Assembly (NCBI GenBank): GCA_038205935.1
Contig: JBBRBK010000037.1
Span: forward strand, 1 to 18,378
Reading direction: 5' to 3'
DNA from: Campylobacterales bacterium
GTDB lineage: Bacteria; Campylobacterota; Campylobacteria; Campylobacterales; Sulfurimonadaceae
Length of the DNA: 18,378 nt
Below are positions 1 through 8,169 of this stretch, one piece after another; position 1 is the first letter of the stretch; the number at the start of each line of letters is the position of its first letter. Both the position numbers and the translations under genes were made by a program. Under the pieces are notes generated by a model. That model searched no databases. It had not been told where the DNA came from and saw only the letters and a list, made by a program, of their open reading frames with translations.

Positions 1-218
1 GCACCTTTACCAGAAACATTTCTAGCACCAGTTTTGTAAGCTTTAAGAGCAGAAGTTATTTCAGCTGCACTTAATTTGTTAGGTGCGAAGTCTTTTGCTA
101 TAGTATTTTTAGAACCATCAACACCGTGACATCCTGCACAACTTGCTGGAGCACCAGCTGCCATTAAAGTAGAACTAACTGCTAATGCAGCTATTGTAGC
201 GATTACGATTTTTTTCAT
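1..218 (-). CDS. c-type cytochrome (cytochrome c553-like), 5' part; runs off the left edge
   Basis: Not in the ORF track. Manual translation from ATG at 218: MKKIVIATIAALAVSSTLMAAGAPASCAGCHGVDGSKNTIAKDFAPNKLSAAEITSALKAYKTGARNVSGKG... It shows a Sec signal peptide, a CxxCH heme motif (CAGCH) and an 'LKAYK.G' helix typical of class I c553. GGGGA lies upstream as a possible RBS. Confidence 0.92.
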   Translation of the reverse strand, partial: MKKIVIATIAALAVSSTLMAAGAPASCAGCHGVDGSKNTIAKDFAPNKLSAAEITSALKAYKTGARNVSGKG

Positions 219-250
219 ATTTTTTCCCCGTAGATAAAATTTTCATATAC

Positions 251-258
251 ATTATAAT
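251..258. promoter_or_regulatory. sigma70 -10 box (ATTATAAT reads TATAAT on both strands) in the divergent cytochrome c / hldD intergenic region
   Basis: Minus-strand TATAAT at 256-251 is about 33 nt upstream of the cytochrome ATG. Plus-strand TATAAT at 253-258 faces hldD. Confidence 0.5.
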
Positions 259-335
259 GCTTGAACTCTTAAATCAGTGTTAATAAGTGATAGGATATCA
301 TTAGATTAGAAATTAAATAGAGAAAGAGTGTGTAG

Positions 336-1346
336 ATGCGATACATTGACGATGAATTAACAAATAAAACCATTTTAATTACCGGAGGAGCAGGCTTCAT
401 AGGTTCGAGTCTTGCTTTTTATTTTCAAAAGAATCATCCAGCAGTAAAAGTCGTTGTTTTGGATGCTTTTAGAAGTGGAGAAACCCTTTCCAATGGGAAC
501 TTAAAGAGTTTTGGACACTTTAAAAATCTTATTGGCTTTACCGGCGAAGTTATTAGTGGAGATATTAATGATAAAACGCTTTTAAAAAACCTACAAAATA
601 ATTATAAATTTGACTATATTTTTCACGAAGCGGCCATCTCAGATACCACAGCACTTGAGCAAGATTTGATGATCAAAACAAATGTGAATGCCTATAAAGA
701 TCTACTTGATCTCGCAGTCGCTCACAGTGCAAATATGATCTATGCATCTTCAGCTGCAACATACGGCGACGCACCTTCACCCCAATGTGTAGGACGTGAA
801 GCGCCTCAAAATGTATACGGCTTCTCAAAACTCAGTATGGATTATCTCAGCCGTGAGTATATGGCTAAATCTGATATCTCTATTGTAGGGCTTCGCTATT
901 TTAATGTGTACGGACCAAGAGAATATTTCAAAAACACGACGGCTTCTATGGTGCTTCAATTCGGTCATCAGATACTTTCGGGAAAAAATCCTCGTCTTTT
1001 TGAGGGAAGCGATAAAATTCTTCGTGATTTTATTTTTATCGAAGATATTATTCAGGCAAATATCAAAGCGATGGCGCCTAAAAAAAGTGGCATCTATAAT
1101 GTTGGAACAGGAAAAGCGAGAAGTTTTCAAGACATCGTAGACATTTTACAGCGAGAACTTGGCACGGCACTAGAATGTGAATATATGCCAAATCCTTTTA
1201 TTGGAAGATATCAGTTTCATACAGAAGCGGATATCGCTGAAACGATTGAAAGTCTTGGATATAAGCCGGCTTACGAGATGGAAGATGGGATCAAAGCATA
1301 TATTGCAGAGATAGAACGTTTATATCAGAGTGAAGTGAAAAAGTAA
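336..1346 (+). CDS. hldD: ADP-L-glycero-D-manno-heptose 6-epimerase
   Basis: Extended SDR motifs TGGAGFIG, HEAAISDTT, YASSAATYG, YGFSK (YxxxK), RYFNVYGPRE and YQFHTEAD; stop overlaps the hldE start. Confidence 0.95.
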   Translation: MRYIDDELTNKTILITGGAGFIGSSLAFYFQKNHPAVKVVVLDAFRSGETLSNGNLKSFGHFKNLIGFTGEVISGDINDKTLLKNLQNNYKFDYIFHEAAISDTTALEQDLMIKTNVNAYKDLLDLAVAHSANMIYASSAATYGDAPSPQCVGREAPQNVYGFSKLSMDYLSREYMAKSDISIVGLRYFNVYGPREYFKNTTASMVLQFGHQILSGKNPRLFEGSDKILRDFIFIEDIIQANIKAMAPKKSGIYNVGTGKARSFQDIVDILQRELGTALECEYMPNPFIGRYQFHTEADIAETIESLGYKPAYEMEDGIKAYIAEIERLYQSEVKK

Positions 1347-2776
1347 TGGAAAAGCTTAAAAAGGCAAAACCAAATATTTTAGTCATCGGTGATTTGATGC
1401 TTGACCATTATTTGTGGGGCAGCTGTGAGCGCATCTCTCCTGAAGCTCCTGTGCAAGTTGTAGATATTGCAAAAGAGACAACCGTTTTAGGTGGAGCTGG
1501 AAACGTTATCAATAACCTTGTAACACTCGGAGCCGTTGTAAGTGTTAGCGGCGTTATAGGTGATGATGAGAACGGAAAAGAGCTCTCCATGATGCTTAAA
1601 GGGATCGGTGTAAAGACTGATGGGCTTATCACACAAACAGACCGTAAAACAAGTAAAAAGAGTCGTGTTATCGCTGTATCACAACAAGTTTTACGTTATG
1701 ACAGAGAGAGTAAAGATGCGATCAGCGAAGAGTCTGTTGCAAAGATTTTGAACTCTTTAGAGAAAACACTTTTTTTATATGATGCAATTATCCTTTCAGA
1801 TTATGGCAAAGGTGTTTTGACCCAAACTTTGTGCCAAGGTGTCATAACGAAAGCCAAAGCAATGGGCAAAATGGTACTTGTCGATCCAAAGGGAAGTGAC
1901 TACTCAAAGTACAAAGGTGCTTATCTTTTAACACCAAATAAAAAAGAAGCTGCTCTTGCGACAAAGATCGATATCAACAGTGATGAAGCCCTTCAAAAAG
2001 CTCTTTTAAAACTCAAAAGTGATTGTGAACTGAGTATTTCTATGATCACTCTCAGTGAAGATGGAATCGCCATTTTTGATGATAAAGTCAAAAAATTTCC
2101 AACTGTTGCTAAAGAGGTTTATGATGTCACAGGTGCGGGAGATACGGTTATCGCGTCCATCGCTTATTCCCTCTCTGCGGGAGAAGCAATAGAAGAGAGT
2201 TGTAAATTTGCAAATCTCGCCGCGGGTGTTGTTGTAGGAAAGATAGGTTCCGCAACTGTAACTCTCGATGAGATCGAAGAGTATGAGGCAACACTACACA
2301 AAAGTAGTTCGGATGCACACATAAAAAGTTTTGAAGAGATTGACAGAATCATTTTAAGATGTAAAAACAATGGTAAAAAAGTTGTCTTTACAAATGGCTG
2401 TTTTGACATCTTACATGTAGGGCATGTGAAGTATCTTCAGATCGCAAAAAGCTTTGGAGATATCCTGATTGTAGGTCTTAACTCCGATGAATCAGTCAGA
2501 CGTCTTAAAGGGCCTACTCGTCCGGTCAATCCTGCAGAAGATAGAGCGTACATTTTAGCGGCGTTAGAAGCTGTGGATTATGTCGTTCCATTTACTGAAG
2601 ATACGCCTTATAATCTTATCAAAATGCTCTCTCCTGATGTCTTAGTAAAAGGTGGAGATTACGAAGGTAAAGAGGTGATTGGAACTGAATTTGCTGGAGA
2701 ATTACGACTTGTCGACTTTGTCGATGGCAAAAGTACGACAACTACAATTCAAAAAATACAGGGAAAAGTATGTTAA
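1346..2776 (+). CDS. hldE: bifunctional D-glycero-beta-D-manno-heptose 7-phosphate kinase / 1-phosphate adenylyltransferase
   Basis: PfkB domain (RISPEAPV, GGAGNV, SDYGKG, DVTGAGDT) followed by a cytidylyltransferase-like domain (FTNGCFDILHVGH, RLKGPTRP, VKGGDY). Confidence 0.97.
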   Translation: MEKLKKAKPNILVIGDLMLDHYLWGSCERISPEAPVQVVDIAKETTVLGGAGNVINNLVTLGAVVSVSGVIGDDENGKELSMMLKGIGVKTDGLITQTDRKTSKKSRVIAVSQQVLRYDRESKDAISEESVAKILNSLEKTLFLYDAIILSDYGKGVLTQTLCQGVITKAKAMGKMVLVDPKGSDYSKYKGAYLLTPNKKEAALATKIDINSDEALQKALLKLKSDCELSISMITLSEDGIAIFDDKVKKFPTVAKEVYDVTGAGDTVIASIAYSLSAGEAIEESCKFANLAAGVVVGKIGSATVTLDEIEEYEATLHKSSSDAHIKSFEEIDRIILRCKNNGKKVVFTNGCFDILHVGHVKYLQIAKSFGDILIVGLNSDESVRRLKGPTRPVNPAEDRAYILAALEAVDYVVPFTEDTPYNLIKMLSPDVLVKGGDYEGKEVIGTEFAGELRLVDFVDGKSTTTTIQKIQGKVC

Positions 2777-2857
2777 AAAACTCTACCTTATTGGCATTAT
2801 AACCACTTAATATATGTAGGTTTTAAGTTCCAATTCTAAATACTCCGCTATTTTTTC

Positions 2858-2896
2858 AACCGCTATTCTTTTGAAATGGCGGTTCTTCTCTTCTTT
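2858..2896 (+). terminator. probable intrinsic terminator after hldDE
   Basis: Stem AACCGCTATT (2858-2867) / AATGGCGGTT (2875-2884) with one G-U pair, followed by the pyrimidine-rich tail CTTCTCTTCTTT. Confidence 0.55.
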
Positions 2897-2918
2897 ATCA
2901 TTTTTTACTTATTCGTTG

Positions 2919-2947
2919 TATAATCATTCAAAGCTGATTTTAGAGGA
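2919..2947 (+). promoter_or_regulatory. -10 box and RBS of the LOG-ppsA-MBL operon
   Basis: TATAAT at 2919-2924; AGAGGA at 2942-2947, 8 nt before ATG 2956. Confidence 0.6.
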
Positions 2948-2955
2948 ATGGTATT

Positions 2956-3885
2956 ATGCAAAAAAAACAAAAAAATAATAACACTCTACCAGGAGAAAAT
3001 CCAAAATCAACAGTCGAAGATCCAAAAGCAGAGGTTTTGATAAAAAACCTTATGGAAAGCCCAGGATATACGGTCGCTTCGGAAGATTTTGAATTTATGA
3101 ATTCCTATGAAGCTAGAGGGATTCGACTAGAACTCGATTATCTTAAAGCTGAACTCTCCATGAATGCCCTTGGTATCGAGCATACGATCGCTGTTTTTGG
3201 AAGTGCAAGAATTGTTGAATACAAAACAGCGAAGAAAAAAGTACAGCAGATTGAAAAAGAGCTAGATAAAGATCCAATGTCTCAAGTGACACGATCGATG
3301 TTACATACAGCGCAAAGGATGCTTGAAAAAAGTGTCTATTATGATGATGCAAGAAAATTTGGCTCACTTGTCGGCAAAGCCGGTAGAGGTGCTGATGATT
3401 GCCGTGTGACTATCATCACCGGTGGTGGACCAGGTATCATGGAGGCGGCAAATCGCGGGGCTTATGATGTTGGTGCAAAATCCATCGGCTTAAATATAAA
3501 TCTCCCACATGAACAATTTCCAAACCCTTACATCTCTGTTGAACTCTGTTTTCAGTTTCATTATTTTGCAGTTCGAAAACTTCACTTTCTTAATCGCGCT
3601 AAAGCTCTTGTCGTTTATCCTGGAGGCTTTGGAACTTTTGATGAGCTTTTTGAGATACTTACTCTTGTGCAGACAAAAAAAACTGTGCCCATTCCCATAG
3701 TGTTGGTTTCAAAATATTACTGGAATAGAGCCGTTAATTTCGATTTTTTACGAGAAGAGGGAGTTATAGGTCATGCAGATCTAGAAATGTTTACTATTGT
3801 TGATAATGCAGACGAAGCATGGAGTCATATTTTAGAGTGGTATGAAAAACGTGATACACCTCTTTTTAATCATAATAAAGGCTAA
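2956..3885 (+). CDS. LOG family protein (TIGR00730-like nucleotide monophosphate phosphoribohydrolase, often misannotated as lysine decarboxylase)
   Basis: VFGSAR, TGGGPGIMEAANRGA, LPHEQFPNPY, FHYFAVRK and PGGFGTFDE (PGGxGTxxE) motifs. Confidence 0.92.
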   Translation: MQKKQKNNNTLPGENPKSTVEDPKAEVLIKNLMESPGYTVASEDFEFMNSYEARGIRLELDYLKAELSMNALGIEHTIAVFGSARIVEYKTAKKKVQQIEKELDKDPMSQVTRSMLHTAQRMLEKSVYYDDARKFGSLVGKAGRGADDCRVTIITGGGPGIMEAANRGAYDVGAKSIGLNINLPHEQFPNPYISVELCFQFHYFAVRKLHFLNRAKALVVYPGGFGTFDELFEILTLVQTKKTVPIPIVLVSKYYWNRAVNFDFLREEGVIGHADLEMFTIVDNADEAWSHILEWYEKRDTPLFNHNKG

Positions 3886-3888
3886 AAA

Positions 3889-6297
3889 ATGAGTTTGAAA
3901 TATATAAAATTCTTTCACAACATAGGCATAGAAGATGTAGAGATTGTTGGAGGAAAAAACGCTTCCTTAGGTGAGATGTATCAAAATCTTACAGCAGAGG
4001 GTGTGAAAGTTCCAAATGGATTTGCTATCACTGCTGAAGCTTATAGTTACGTTTTACAAGCCAATAATGCATTAGAAGCTTTACATGCAGAGCTTGATAT
4101 TCTTGATCCCGAGAATGTAGATGATCTTCAAAAAAGAGGTAAAAGATGCCGAGAAATAGTTAATAACTGTAGCATTCCAGATGATCTTCGCCTTGAGATC
4201 CTTGAAGGGTATAAGCGTTTAAAAGAAGAATATGGAGAAAATATCTCTTTAGCTGTACGCTCTTCTGCTACCGCGGAGGATTCTCCCGAAGCCTCATTTG
4301 CAGGGCAAAACGAAACTTATCTTAATGTTTCGGATGAAGATGCACTTCTTGATTCTTACAAACGCGCTCTTGCTTCAAACTTTACTGACCGATCAATCCA
4401 CTACAAATATGACAACCATTTTGAATATCTAAAAGTCCTTCTCAGTGTTTGTGTTATGAAGATGGTACGAAGCGACAAAGCGGCTAGCGGAGTGATGTTT
4501 AGCATCGATACCGAGAGCGGATTTAAAGATGTTGTCTTTATCAACGGTGCGTATGGACTTGGCGAAAATGTGGTTCAAGGCACAGTGAATCCTGATAGTT
4601 TTTATGTACATAAGCCTACATGTAAGGCTGGATTCAAAGCGGTTTTAAAAAGAACACTAGGCACGAAGCGAATCAAAATGGTGTTTAACGATGAGATAAA
4701 TCAAAGCAATATGGCGGTGGAATATACAAAAAATGTGCCCGTTGAAGAGAGAGAGCAAAAACGATTTTGTATTTGCGATGAGGATGTACTTATATTAGCC
4801 GACTACGCGATCAAGATAGAGGAATACTATTCCAAAAAAGCCGGATATCTCAAACCTATGGATATTGAGTGGGCAAAAGATGGCGATGACGGCGAGATAT
4901 ACATCGTTCAAGCGCGTCCTGAAACAGTAGAATCCCGTGATGATAAGCTTTTTTATGAGACCTACACTCTTAAAAATAGATCAAAGATTCTCATTGAAGG
5001 ACGTGCGGTCGGGCGAAAAATAGCTTCTGGAAGAGTTCGTAAAATAGAGGATGTAAGCAAGTTAAATGAGTTTCAAGTTGGAGATATTTTAGTAGCAGAT
5101 ACAACGACGCCTGACTGGGAACCAGTGATGAAAATAGCTTCAGCCATTATCACAAACAAAGGTGGAAGAACTTGTCATGCGGCCATCATCTCTCGTGAAC
5201 TTGGAATCGCGGCTATTGTGGGCGCTGAAAATGCTACGGAACTTTTGCGTGATGGCGATGAGGTGACGGTGAGTTGTGCCGAGGGTGAAAACGGTTATGT
5301 GTACGAGGGACTCTTGGAGTTTGAGATAGAAAAAACAGACCTCAGTCATTTATCTAAAACAAAAACAAAGATCATGATGAATCTTGGGAATCCTGATCTC
5401 GCGTTTTCTCTTTCTTCGCTTCCAGTGGATGGCATTGGACTCGCTCGCATGGAATTTATCATCAATGAGTATATCAAAGTACATCCGATGGCTTTGGTAC
5501 ATCCTGAGAAACTTGACATCGCTACACAAGAAGAAGTCAAAAAGCTCGTAGGCGAGGAGACGGAATATCAAGAGTATTTCGTTCGTCGTTTAAGTGAGGG
5601 AGTTGCCACTATCGCCGCCTCTGTGTATCCAAAACCTTGCGTTGTGCGTATGAGTGATTTTAAGAGCAATGAATACGCCGCACTTTTAGGCGGAAGCTTT
5701 TTTGAGCCACTCGAATCAAACCCGATGATAGGTTTTCGCGGTGCGGCGCGCTATAGTCATCCAGCATATGAAGAAGGTTTTGCCCTAGAATGTGAGGCGA
5801 TGAGGCGTGTGCGTGATGAGATGGGTTTTACAAATGTGATACTTATGATCCCATTTTGCCGACGTGTGAAAGAGGGACAAGATGTTATCGCGACGATGAA
5901 AAAATATGGTCTTGAGCGCGGTAAAAACGGTTTAGAAGTGTATGTGATGTGCGAGATTCCAAACAATGTGATCCTCATTGATGAGTTCAGCGAAGTATTT
6001 GACGGCTTTAGTATAGGAAGCAATGACCTTACTCAGCTTACTCTTGGTGTAGACAGAGACTCCCCAATCGTAGCATTTGATTATGAAGAGCGTGATGAAG
6101 GAGTGATGAAGATGATAGAGATGGCAGTTTCTGGCGCAAAGAGAAATGGACGACATAGCGGCATCTGTGGACAAGCACCCTCAGACTATCCTGAGATGGC
6201 AGAATTTTTGGTACGTCTTGGGATTGATTCTATCAGTCTCAATCCTGACAGCGTTCTTAAAACGATAGAAAATATAGCAAAATTGGAAAAGGAATAA
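3889..6297 (+). CDS. ppsA: phosphoenolpyruvate synthase (pyruvate, water dikinase)
   Basis: VGGKNASLGEM, AVRSSATAED, SFAGQ, QARPETV, phospho-His motif GGRTCHAAI, NPMIGFRGA and SIGSNDLTQ; 802 aa. Confidence 0.97.
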   Translation: MSLKYIKFFHNIGIEDVEIVGGKNASLGEMYQNLTAEGVKVPNGFAITAEAYSYVLQANNALEALHAELDILDPENVDDLQKRGKRCREIVNNCSIPDDLRLEILEGYKRLKEEYGENISLAVRSSATAEDSPEASFAGQNETYLNVSDEDALLDSYKRALASNFTDRSIHYKYDNHFEYLKVLLSVCVMKMVRSDKAASGVMFSIDTESGFKDVVFINGAYGLGENVVQGTVNPDSFYVHKPTCKAGFKAVLKRTLGTKRIKMVFNDEINQSNMAVEYTKNVPVEEREQKRFCICDEDVLILADYAIKIEEYYSKKAGYLKPMDIEWAKDGDDGEIYIVQARPETVESRDDKLFYETYTLKNRSKILIEGRAVGRKIASGRVRKIEDVSKLNEFQVGDILVADTTTPDWEPVMKIASAIITNKGGRTCHAAIISRELGIAAIVGAENATELLRDGDEVTVSCAEGENGYVYEGLLEFEIEKTDLSHLSKTKTKIMMNLGNPDLAFSLSSLPVDGIGLARMEFIINEYIKVHPMALVHPEKLDIATQEEVKKLVGEETEYQEYFVRRLSEGVATIAASVYPKPCVVRMSDFKSNEYAALLGGSFFEPLESNPMIGFRGAARYSHPAYEEGFALECEAMRRVRDEMGFTNVILMIPFCRRVKEGQDVIATMKKYGLERGKNGLEVYVMCEIPNNVILIDEFSEVFDGFSIGSNDLTQLTLGVDRDSPIVAFDYEERDEGVMKMIEMAVSGAKRNGRHSGICGQAPSDYPEMAEFLVRLGIDSISLNPDSVLKTIENIAKLEKE

Positions 6298-6299
6298 TC

Positions 6300-7697
6300 A
6301 TGGCAACAGTCACATCACACGGAGCAGCAGGAGTTGTTACAGGTTCATGTCATCTTTTATCGATAGAAAATGGACCGAGCATCCTCATAGATTGTGGAAT
6401 GTTTCAAGGACGAGAAGAAGATAGAAACAGAGATAATTTTGGCTTTGAGCCAAGCAGTGTTGATTATCTTCTACTCACGCATGCGCATTTAGATCATGTC
6501 GGACGAACTCCAAAACTTGTGAAAGAGGGATTTGAGAGAAATATCGTGACCACTAGACCTACACGAGATTTGGCGGAAGTTATATTACTCGATAGTGCTA
6601 AGATCATGTTACAAGACTATGAAACACACTATAAAAAAGCATTGCGTAGGGGAAAAGAGGACACAGTTGCTCAGCCTTTGTACCGTGAAGAGGATGTCCA
6701 CAATGTTTTTGCGCTTCCTTGGAGATATGTCGAGTATGATAAACAGATAGAACTTTGTGAGGGTGTGAAAGTCACATATAGAGACGCTGGACATATTCTC
6801 GGTTCAGCATTTATCGAGATAAGTTATATGGAACATGGAGTGGAGTATACGATAGTTTTTTCTGGAGATATCGGCAATGACAACGATATGGTTCTGCCAA
6901 ATCTTCAAATCTGCAAGAAGGCGGATTATCTCTATGTAGAATCGACTTACGGCGATAGAGATCATAAAAATATAGATGATAGTATTGTAGAGTTTAAAAA
7001 GATCATTATTGATACTCTGCAAAACTGGGGAAATGTAGTGATTCCCTCTTTTGCAGTGGAGAGAACGCAGGAGATTCTTTGTTTGTTACGCGAAATGTAC
7101 GACAGAAAAGAGTTACCGGAATGTAAAATCTTTGTAGATTCTCCGATGGCTCAAAGAGCGACGGATGTGTATAAAAAATATGTAGAGGAGTTGAGTCCAA
7201 AATGCCAAAAAAACAAAGAAGAAAATGGAACTATCTTTGATTTTCCTTTGCTAAACTATACGGCAGACGCGGAATCATCTCGCGCGATCAATGATATAGA
7301 GCGTCGCGCTATTATCATTGCAGGAAGTGGTATGTGTACGGGTGGAAGAATCTTACATCATTTTAAACACAGACTTTGGAATCCGAAAAATACCATTATT
7401 TTTGTGGGTTATCAAGGAGTGGGAACACTTGGACGTCACATCGTTGATGGTGCGAGATGGGTGAAGATATATGGCGAAGATATTTTGATCAAAGCAAATA
7501 TTCAGACTATCAATGGCTTTTCAGCACACATAGATCAAAGCGGGCTTTTGGAGTGGATTTCAAAAATAGAGGATCTCAAAACTATATTTTTGATCCATGG
7601 CGAAGAGGATAAGCAGACGATTTTACGTAGTGTTTTAGAAAATGCTTTAGAGAAAAAGGTGCATATTGTGAAGGCTGATGAGGTTGTGTATTTGTAA
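6300..7697 (+). CDS. metallo-beta-lactamase fold hydrolase with beta-CASP and RNA-specificity domains (YSH1/TTHA0252-like putative ribonuclease)
   Basis: VTGSCH, DCGMFQG, THAHLDHVG (HxHxDH), AGHILGS, FSGDIG, ESTYG, PSFAVERTQE, SGMCTGGRI, FSAH and HGE motifs. Confidence 0.93.
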   Translation: MATVTSHGAAGVVTGSCHLLSIENGPSILIDCGMFQGREEDRNRDNFGFEPSSVDYLLLTHAHLDHVGRTPKLVKEGFERNIVTTRPTRDLAEVILLDSAKIMLQDYETHYKKALRRGKEDTVAQPLYREEDVHNVFALPWRYVEYDKQIELCEGVKVTYRDAGHILGSAFIEISYMEHGVEYTIVFSGDIGNDNDMVLPNLQICKKADYLYVESTYGDRDHKNIDDSIVEFKKIIIDTLQNWGNVVIPSFAVERTQEILCLLREMYDRKELPECKIFVDSPMAQRATDVYKKYVEELSPKCQKNKEENGTIFDFPLLNYTADAESSRAINDIERRAIIIAGSGMCTGGRILHHFKHRLWNPKNTIIFVGYQGVGTLGRHIVDGARWVKIYGEDILIKANIQTINGFSAHIDQSGLLEWISKIEDLKTIFLIHGEEDKQTILRSVLENALEKKVHIVKADEVVYL

Positions 7698-7719
7698 TCC
7701 TTACATGTAAAGATTTGTT

Positions 7720-7747
7720 TTACACCCAAAGGGCACTTCGCGTGTAA
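7720..7747 (+). repeat. 18-nt micro-insertion in palindromic target, copy 1 (intergenic)
   Basis: TTACA[CCCAAAGGGCACTTCGCG]TGTAA; an empty TTACATGTAA lies just upstream at 7701-7710. Confidence 0.85.
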
Positions 7748-7780
7748 GCATATTCTTGCATACTTTTTTTTTGCAAAGTT

Positions 7781-8162
7781 TCTCTGTACTTTTTTCTTCG
7801 CAAAAAAGTACCAAAAAACTCTTGCAACGGCTTCGAGCTTGCCTTTGGCAAGTTCCCAAGAACTTTCTTTTAAATCTTTAAAAATTCAAAACTCAGCTTC
7901 GCTTCAAACAGATGAATTTTCTTAACGAAATTTAAAAGAAATTTCTTGGCTCTGCAGATGTTGCAACTGACGCAAGAGTTGTGTCGGCGATAGGTGTCAC
8001 TTTGGATTTTAGCTTTTTTGACCGAGCGGAGTCGTAAAGAAAATGCAACTGTTTGAGTGAAACGAGTTTTGCATTTTTAGATGAAGAGACCGAAACAAAG
8101 CGTTAAGAAATCCATCTTGCTGACACGATTTTTGGTTACTTTTATAAAAAAGTAACAAGAGA
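7781..8162. mobile_element. ~380-bp non-coding two-armed fold-back element (putative non-autonomous element or structured RNA)
   Basis: Imperfect terminal inverted repeats, each with its own hairpin (7786-7811 and 8135-8156). Arm A is closed by 7817-7825/7972-7980 and contains a 19/20 stem (7856-7875/7930-7949). Arm B is closed by 7981-7988/8119-8126. The apical motifs at 7888-7911 and 8049-8070 are inverted copies of AAAACTC..TCAAACAG. No ORF of track length. Confidence 0.7.
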
Positions 8163-8169
8163 AGAAAAA

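Noticed and set aside
2845..2867. Direct repeat CCGCTATT x2 upstream of and within the terminator stem, suggesting an alternative pairing switch
   Set aside because: It is only 8 nt, and either copy pairs with the same 3' strand, so there is no clear anti-terminator logic.
4602..4613. Perfect 12-bp palindrome TTATGTACATAA in ppsA next to a TACATGTA site
   Set aside because: Only one occurrence was noticed and it is AT-rich, so it is compatible with chance.
6300..7697. MBL-fold protein as an antibiotic beta-lactamase or anti-phage effector
   Set aside because: The beta-CASP and C-terminal RNA-specificity motifs and the lack of a signal peptide place it with RNA-processing hydrolases. No defence genes are adjacent.
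7698..8169. Possible CRISPR array, tRNA or small CDS in the long intergenic gap
   Set aside because: There are no regularly spaced direct repeats, no cloverleaf and no credible ORF. The structure is made of nested inverted repeats instead.
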